NCBI GenBank assembly: GCA_019695215.1
Contig: JAIBAK010000009.1
Coordinates: 13,389 to 77,388 of the forward strand
Source: Bacteroidia bacterium
GTDB taxonomy: Bacteria; Bacteroidota; Bacteroidia; UKL13-3
Reading direction: 5' to 3'
DNA: 64,000 nt
This document shows, piece by piece, positions 59,057 to 64,000 of the stretch. The position numbers and the translations under genes were made by a program. The notes under the pieces were generated by a model that worked only from the letters and a program-made list of their open reading frames with translations, did not search any database and had not been told where the DNA came from. Positions within the stretch are counted from its first letter, which is position 1, and every line of letters begins with the position of its first letter.

Positions 59057-59587
59057 ATGACCGCCAACCCAATAACCGGCCAACAGCCATTTACCAATGA
59101 AATGGCGAAAAAAATGATTGACTTTGTAAGGAGCCTTGGTATTGAAGTAAAACATGCAAGCGTTCCCGACAATCCGCTTATCCCCGGTATTCGGGTGCAG
59201 CATGGTGTAATGCTCATTGATGAAAATAATCTTACTTATCCGGGAGATATTTTATATCAGGCAGGTCGCATGGCCATTCTTCCGGCAGGCGAACGTGCTT
59301 CATATAACGGAGAAGATCATCCGGATAAAACAACTGAAGCCGCACAGGCCATGACGGCTATGTGCTGGTCGTGGGCCGCACTTACTCATTTGCAAATTGC
59401 ACCTGAAGTAGTATTTCACAACGGAGGATATAAAGGACAATCCATGCAAATAATTCATGGATATCAAAGCGGGGCCTATATGGGGCTTCCTATTATGCAA
59501 ATGTATGAGATGGCCTATGAACCGCATCAGGCAGCGGCTAAAGGATTAAACCCTTTTCCCTACATGTACAAATGGATTAACAGCTAA
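59057..59587 (+). CDS. hypothetical 176-aa protein preceding the tail-collar triplet
   Basis: Intact ORF with ATG start; no family recognised. Confidence 0.45.
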   Translation: MTANPITGQQPFTNEMAKKMIDFVRSLGIEVKHASVPDNPLIPGIRVQHGVMLIDENNLTYPGDILYQAGRMAILPAGERASYNGEDHPDKTTEAAQAMTAMCWSWAALTHLQIAPEVVFHNGGYKGQSMQIIHGYQSGAYMGLPIMQMYEMAYEPHQAAAKGLNPFPYMYKWINS

Positions 59588-59631
59588 GCTTTATCTAAAA
59601 TAAATTTTCAAACTAAAAAAAATTACACTTT

Positions 59632-60192
59632 ATGGAAGGAATGATTGGTGAAATCCGCATGTTCGCGGGAAATTTCGCCCCCAAAACATGGGCATTTTGT
59701 TCAGGGCAAACCGTGAACATTGCCTCCAACACCGCCCTCTTCAGTATTCTGGGTACAACCTACGGAGGGAATGGAACCACCACCTTTGCTTTGCCCGACC
59801 TGCGCGGTCGTATGGCTGTAGGACAAGGGACCGGACCGGGTTTATCTCCTATTGCTCTTGGAGAAAAAGCCGGTTCTGAAACGGTAACCCTAACAACTAA
59901 CAACATCCCTCCCCACTCGCATGTGGGTGCAGGTACTTTTAGCGGCACCTGGAAAATGCCGGCCAGCACTGAAAGTGGTGGTGCTACCCCTACCGGTAAT
60001 GCCATTGGTGTTACTTCAAGCAACATGTTCGATGGGGGTACAGATGCATCTCTTGCCAATGCGCCCATCACGGGCAATGTAACTGCCGCAATCAGCCCGA
60101 ATGGCGGAGGTTTTCCTTTCTCCGTGCTCGGGCCGTACATTGCCGTCTATTATATAATTTGCCAGTTTGGCGTTTTCCCTTCGAGAAACTAA
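59632..60192 (+). CDS. phage tail-collar domain protein (MdpB-like), paralog 1 of 3
   Basis: MEGMIGEIRMFAGNFAPKTWAFCSGQTVNIASNTALFSILGTTYGGNGTTTFALPDLRGR ... C-terminal ICQFGVFPSRN. The canonical Collar-domain N-terminal block and G-x-FPSR ending are present. Confidence 0.8.
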   Translation: MEGMIGEIRMFAGNFAPKTWAFCSGQTVNIASNTALFSILGTTYGGNGTTTFALPDLRGRMAVGQGTGPGLSPIALGEKAGSETVTLTTNNIPPHSHVGAGTFSGTWKMPASTESGGATPTGNAIGVTSSNMFDGGTDASLANAPITGNVTAAISPNGGGFPFSVLGPYIAVYYIICQFGVFPSRN

Positions 60193-60231
60193 GACTATTC
60201 ATTTATTAAAACTTAATTTAAAAACACATTT

Positions 60232-60807
60232 ATGGAAGGATATATAGCAGAAATGAGGTATTTCGCCTCCAATTTCGCCCCAAAAAACTGGGCATTATGT
60301 GCCGGTCAGCTGATGGCCATTTCAACCAATCAGGCTCTTTTTAGTTTATTAGGTACTACCTATGGTGGTGATGGACGTACCACTTTTGCACTGCCTGATG
60401 CACGCGGCAGATTTATAGTGAGCCCCGGACAAAGCCAGGGCACAAGCAATTATGCGCTTGGACAAAAGTCCGGTTCGCCTACTACTACCCTCACCTTACA
60501 GAATCTCCCTTCGCACACACATACTATTGTGAGTAGCGCTGTGTCTGGCAGCGTTACTCCGGTAGGATCAACCGAAACGTCAACTAGCGAACCCAATGGA
60601 ATGCGGTTTGGTGCCGGAGACGGAATAAATCCATATTCGCAAACAGGGTCGCCTGATACTACGCTTACTCCGGCATCGGTTTCGGGCATTACCAACAATA
60701 TAAGTATTGGTACCTCGGGTGGCTCACAACCCATGCCCATTCTCAGTCCGTACCTCGGGCTAAATGTGGTGATTTGCCAGTTTGGTATTTTCCCATCCAG
60801 AAATTAA
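60232..60807 (+). CDS. phage tail-collar domain protein (MdpB-like), paralog 2 of 3
   Basis: MEGYIAEMRYFASNFAPKNWALCAGQLMAISTNQALFSLLGTTYGGDGRTTFALPDARGR ... ICQFGIFPSRN. Confidence 0.8.
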   Translation: MEGYIAEMRYFASNFAPKNWALCAGQLMAISTNQALFSLLGTTYGGDGRTTFALPDARGRFIVSPGQSQGTSNYALGQKSGSPTTTLTLQNLPSHTHTIVSSAVSGSVTPVGSTETSTSEPNGMRFGAGDGINPYSQTGSPDTTLTPASVSGITNNISIGTSGGSQPMPILSPYLGLNVVICQFGIFPSRN

Positions 60808-60853
60808 TTCTTAAACTCTTAATTCAATTTATTTAAACTTAATATAAATTTAC

Positions 60854-61423
60854 ATGGAAGGATATATGTCAGAAATAAGACTCTTCGGAGGCAACTTTGC
60901 CCCTCAGGGTTATATGCTGTGTCAGGGCCAGCAAATGAGTATTGCTCAATGGTCGGCACTATACGCATTACTTGGAACTATGTATGGTGGAGACGGTGTA
61001 CAAACTTTTAACCTCCCAGATTTGCGTGGCCGTACTCCAATTGGGGCAGGACAGGGCCCCGGACTTCCTATGATGGATGAAGGACAGGCAGGTGGTTCTG
61101 AAAGCATGACCATGACAACGCAATACATGCCTGTTCATAATCATGCATTAACTGTTAGCTCCATTACGGCCAGCGCTTCACTCAAAGCGTTTACAACAGC
61201 CGGAAGTTCAGACCAGCCTATAGCAAGTTTTATGGCCAGCGCACCTGAATTGTACGTTGCCCCTGCATCGGCTGATGCATTCATGGCTCCTCAAACTGTT
61301 AGTGGTACAGTATCGCTTTCCCTAAGTGCAACCGGTAGCGGCCAACCTTTCAGCAACCGATCTCCTTATCTTGGTATTAATTTCATTATTTGTGTAGAAG
61401 GTATATTCCCTAGCAGAAATTAA
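60854..61423 (+). CDS. phage tail-collar domain protein (MdpB-like), paralog 3 of 3
   Basis: MEGYMSEIRLFGGNFAPQGYMLCQGQQMSIAQWSALYALLGTMYGGDGVQTFNLPDLRGR ... ICVEGIFPSRN. Confidence 0.8.
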   Translation: MEGYMSEIRLFGGNFAPQGYMLCQGQQMSIAQWSALYALLGTMYGGDGVQTFNLPDLRGRTPIGAGQGPGLPMMDEGQAGGSESMTMTTQYMPVHNHALTVSSITASASLKAFTTAGSSDQPIASFMASAPELYVAPASADAFMAPQTVSGTVSLSLSATGSGQPFSNRSPYLGINFIICVEGIFPSRN

Positions 61424-61508
61424 TATTTAACGTAATTACAACTATTTAAAACCTGTAACCTTCGGATAACTAAAATCCGGAGGTTGCAGGTTTTTAGTAA
61501 TTCAAAGA

Positions 61509-62426
61509 ATGAAAATTTCGGTTTTATGTAACAGTCGCCTGGCTATTCCGGCCATTCAACAGTTAGCCCTTTCGGGTGAACTGAAGGGAGTAGGTGTTCC
61601 CGATCGTGCTCATGAAGATAATGAGGAAATCTCTTATGTGTGCAACCGGCTAAATATTCCTGTTCACACCCTTCAGCATACCGGTTTAGAAACAAATCTG
61701 GTCGAATGGATCAAGAAATGGAATCCGGATGTGGTGCTGGTATTTACCTTTCCCTATAAAATTCCTGAAACGGTTTTACCAATTCCCGATTACGGATTCA
61801 TTAATTTTCATTTTGGGTTATTACCCGCTTACAGAGGTTCGGATGCCATTTTCTGGCAAATAAAAAACCGGGAACCCATGGGCGGTATCAGCGTGCACCA
61901 AATGACCGGTGAACTGGACCGAGGGCCCATTTATTTTATTCAAAAAGTTGCGATTGTTCCCGATGACACTTATGGCTCTCACAGCAACGCTTTAAGTTTT
62001 GCCGGTGCAGGTGCCGTGTCAAACTTGCTTTTGATGCTTAAACAGGGCAAACAAGCCACTGCTCAAAACGAACAGGAGGCATATTATTACCACCGCCCCA
62101 CGCTGGAAGATGTGATGATAGACTGGACTAAACCCGCTGATGACATCATCGCTTTAATTAACGCCTGCAACCCATGGAATAAGGGAGCGTTTACTATCCA
62201 AAATAACACTCCAGCAAAAATTATTCATGCATATAAAATAACATATGAAGAAAAACACCATTTACCAGGGTTTATAAAAAGTATCACCGATAAAGGACTT
62301 TTGGTTTGTTGTAGCAAAAATGATCACTTGCTTATACAAACCATTTTTGTTAATAATGAATTTTTGAATAGTTGCCGATTTCAAAAGACTAGTTGGAAAG
62401 AGGGTTTTTGTTTCTATAATCCTTAA
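61509..62426 (+). CDS. formyltransferase-family protein (Fmt/ArnA-N-like), last gene of the cluster
   Basis: GFINFHFGLLPAYRGSDAIFWQIKN carries the formyltransferase SLLP/HxSLLPxxRG-type motif with the catalytic His; a C-terminal Fmt-C-like domain follows. This is distinct from the bona fide fmt at 2336. Confidence 0.7.
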   Translation: MKISVLCNSRLAIPAIQQLALSGELKGVGVPDRAHEDNEEISYVCNRLNIPVHTLQHTGLETNLVEWIKKWNPDVVLVFTFPYKIPETVLPIPDYGFINFHFGLLPAYRGSDAIFWQIKNREPMGGISVHQMTGELDRGPIYFIQKVAIVPDDTYGSHSNALSFAGAGAVSNLLLMLKQGKQATAQNEQEAYYYHRPTLEDVMIDWTKPADDIIALINACNPWNKGAFTIQNNTPAKIIHAYKITYEEKHHLPGFIKSITDKGLLVCCSKNDHLLIQTIFVNNEFLNSCRFQKTSWKEGFCFYNP

Positions 62427-62534
62427 ATCTAGCATCTAACTTTATCTTATACTTCGATTGCAACATTTAATTAGGTTAATTTACATTCGAATACTATAGA
62501 AAACTTGTATTTATTCAATATTTAGTTATAAAAA

Positions 62535-64000
62535 ATGAAAAAAAATGCGCTTTTATTTTGCTTGCTTCTTGTCTTGTTGAAGCATTCAATTGCTCAAAAT
62601 CCAAACCCACGTTGGCTATATGTAGACAACCTCGCAGGCATTTTAGGTACGCCTTATCAGGCGGAACTTATTACATACCTCGATAATCAAAACATAACAT
62701 ACATTGCCGCTTATCAGGTGCATGAAATATCTATAGCACACCCTTGTTTGCTGGCAGATTTTATAAGTCAATGTCATGCGGTGGGTACGGGCGTGGGTGC
62801 TATTCTCAGCAGCCCCTGTTCAGCCGGCAGCAGCCACGTTTCCATTGGCACCTTCTGGTATGATAAATACCTGAATATTGTTGATTATAACAACCAAAGT
62901 GTAACCACCCTTCCTGCCATGTGCGGTTCGGGATGGAATTTCACCTCTCCCCAGATTGACGCTATCCACATAGAGAACGAATACTGGAATATGCACCCTG
63001 ACGATTACAACGATATGGTGACCAATATGAACAGTATGATAAGTCATCGCAGTATCAATAGCACCAATATAGAGTTCCATATTCATATGGCCAGGTATCC
63101 TTCAGGTGGAAGTTGGCCAAGCGTTGCTACACAGGCCGGATTTATTGCTGATAACTTTAATGTGGTGCAGGTCGTCAATTACGCTTCTGACGAAAATAAA
63201 TTGCTCGACAATACTTTAAACATAGTAAAACCACTGCTTGATAACACAACGAAAAGCCAACTGAATGTTTCCATACTTTTTTCAAACCTCTGCAATGCAT
63301 CAGGCGATTGGTTGAGAAGTAATAGCTGGAACCATGACCTTTTATATGCGGATAAGTACACCAACAAACTTAACGCATTTAATAGCTCATCCCAAGCCTG
63401 TTCAACCTCGTATTATGGATGCAACCAATCAAAATTGAACTTAATGCCTCCAACCTGGTTCTCCTACTCCTTTGAATTCTCATTTCCCGATATCCTATGT
63501 GATGGAGTATTTCACCCCAATCATCCCGAAAACAGCACCTCAAACCTATCCAAAGAATTTGGCACGATTGAAACCCTACCTGGGGGGGCTAAGCGCAATG
63601 CCAGTCAGGATCGGGTTGTTATCCAGCCACCACAATTACAATTAATGACTAACCTTCATCAGTTAACTGACCCTTTTCATAGTTACACATTTGAGGCCTG
63701 GATCAATGTACCGGCCGTGGTATTATCAACCGAATATGCTACCAACAACACTATACGTACTCTTTTTGTCAACTACTCATACTCTTGGGAGATTACAGAA
63801 GACGATATTATCGTTTTTGCGCATCATCCCGTCAACGGTTTTCGTATTGCGCTTGATAATAGCAACCACCTCATGGTAGCATCGCCCAACTTCACTGATG
63901 CTTCAGGCAACACCTTTTATATGCCTCCCGCCAATTACTCCCCCACTTTTACCAGAACACTCGATGAGATTAGGGTAACAGATGACAATGCTCTTCCGAC
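62535..64000 (+). CDS. secreted protein of unknown function, partial (runs off window end); possible glycoside-hydrolase-like (IENEYW motif)
   Basis: ATG 62535, signal peptide MKKNALLFCLLLVLLKHSIAQ, open frame to position 64000 with no stop. Not in the ORF track because it is truncated. Confidence 0.4.
   Translation, partial: MKKNALLFCLLLVLLKHSIAQNPNPRWLYVDNLAGILGTPYQAELITYLDNQNITYIAAYQVHEISIAHPCLLADFISQCHAVGTGVGAILSSPCSAGSSHVSIGTFWYDKYLNIVDYNNQSVTTLPAMCGSGWNFTSPQIDAIHIENEYWNMHPDDYNDMVTNMNSMISHRSINSTNIEFHIHMARYPSGGSWPSVATQAGFIADNFNVVQVVNYASDENKLLDNTLNIVKPLLDNTTKSQLNVSILFSNLCNASGDWLRSNSWNHDLLYADKYTNKLNAFNSSSQACSTSYYGCNQSKLNLMPPTWFSYSFEFSFPDILCDGVFHPNHPENSTSNLSKEFGTIETLPGGAKRNASQDRVVIQPPQLQLMTNLHQLTDPFHSYTFEAWINVPAVVLSTEYATNNTIRTLFVNYSYSWEITEDDIIVFAHHPVNGFRIALDNSNHLMVASPNFTDASGNTFYMPPANYSPTFTRTLDEIRVTDDNALP

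Noticed and set aside
59760-60140. 126-aa minus-strand ORF over the first tail-collar gene (similar ones at 60450..60740 and 60946..61128)
   Set aside because: They are antisense to the Collar-domain genes. Pro/Gly/Ala-rich translations are typical of antisense reads of Gly/Thr codon-rich sequence.
1-64000. CRISPR arrays, rRNA, tRNA, transposase/integrase genes
   Set aside because: No regularly spaced direct repeats, no GGTTCGAATCC-type T-loops, and no transposase or integrase-like ORFs were seen. The AT-rich island lacks an identifiable mobility gene.

Overview
This is a 64-kb chromosomal segment from a Bacteroidota genome, probably a gliding lineage. The gldE-gldD pair sits after mutY-ssb, a type-9-secretion C-terminal sorting domain protein is present, and most starts lack Shine-Dalgarno sequences; bulk GC looks about 40%. 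The bulk is housekeeping: fmt, pdxH, hppD-hmgA, purF, a DEAD-box helicase, trhO, an ECF sigma/anti-sigma pair, RNase E/G, HU, mutY, ssb, recG, an acyl-CoA carboxyltransferase, transaldolase/FSA, a LOG-family gene, and TPR and OmpA proteins. Four regions stand out. (1) A visibly AT-rich two-gene island at about 15.8-19.3 kb encodes a NACHT-type STAND NTPase translationally coupled to a RelA/SpoT-like nucleotidyltransferase. This is a candidate, apparently undescribed, antiphage or abortive-infection system. (2) An operon-like cluster at about 56.5-62.4 kb contains a 2OG-Fe(II) oxygenase, an Asp/Asn beta-hydroxylase-family cupin, a sulfotransferase-like protein, an unknown 176-aa protein, three tandem phage-tail-collar (MdpB-like) paralogs and a formyltransferase-family protein. 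Repeated palindromic motifs precede it, and it lies divergent to a split-sensor two-component system. (3) A synthase-dependent exopolysaccharide locus of the PgaAC/NfrAB/YaiOP type at about 6.3-12.9 kb combines a receiver-only regulator, a TPR plus YaiO-like outer-membrane beta-barrel, a LysM-like/TM/HEAT protein, a processive GT2 synthase and an unknown membrane-anchored partner. (4) Smaller items include a 29-aa hyper-basic micro-ORF, a secreted LamG-caspase protein, and an approximately 105-nt structured-RNA candidate with only weak resemblance to small SRP RNA. No CRISPR array, rRNA or tRNA was recognised. All functional calls rest on motif and family recognition by eye, with no database search.
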